Origin: Eledone cirrhosa
Taxonomy: Eukaryota
Length of the DNA: 64,000 nt
Reading direction: 5' to 3'
Assembly: GCA_964016885.1 (NCBI GenBank)
Contig: OZ024743.1
Span: 173,352,001 to 173,416,000 of the forward strand
Positions 63,703 through 64,000 of this stretch are shown here, piece by piece. The position numbers and the translations under genes were made by a program. Numbering within the stretch: the first letter of the stretch is position 1; every line of letters starts with the position of its first letter. The notes under the pieces were generated by a model. That model was not told where the DNA came from. It did not search any database and was given only the letters and a program-made list of their open reading frames with translations.

Positions 63703-64000
63703 ATATATGATTTGATATATGACATACCTCTACGGTCTTGATATTTCAATTCCAGTATTGGCAGTGATTTATTTCGTCAAATCTCAACATTTATATATCA
63801 CAAATAATAATATGAAAAACTTTAAGAAGAAAAGGACGTGGAGCGAATTAGAGATATAAGAGTGTGTAAAGAAGATGATATGCAAAAAATATATATATAA
63901 GAAAAAGAAAGAGAAAAAATAAAAAATACATATATCAATGAATATATAGATGGGTGAAAAATATATAAACAGGAAGAAAAAGAAGAAAGAAAGAAGAAAT

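Overview
AT-rich eukaryotic (animal) genomic DNA. The repeat content ((TA)n-dense, RTE LINEs, tRNA-headed SINEs, many Penelope-like elements) suggests a mollusc, probably an octopod cephalopod (inference). The only host-gene sequence recognised is one 82-bp coding exon (26713-26794, +) matching the C-terminal GH2 region of GIPC-family PDZ proteins, so the window is probably two very large introns of a GIPC gene. The rest is nested mobile DNA: several families of Penelope-like elements (PLEs), RTE LINEs (one with an uninterrupted 1013-aa ORF), an L1/Tx1 LINE, R4/Dong and CR1-like fragments, SINEs, Helitrons, a DD37D maT mariner and a Tigger-like element. The most striking signal, read by eye and absent from the ORF track, is about 18 type-I hammerhead ribozyme (HHR) motifs from about 9-10 unrelated sequence families. 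Some lie in PLE pseudo-LTRs. Three lie in small non-coding units of about 400-460 nt with terminal direct repeats (retrozyme-like). Several are embedded in fold-back palindromes. Coordinates of degraded elements are approximate, and no database search or folding program was run.
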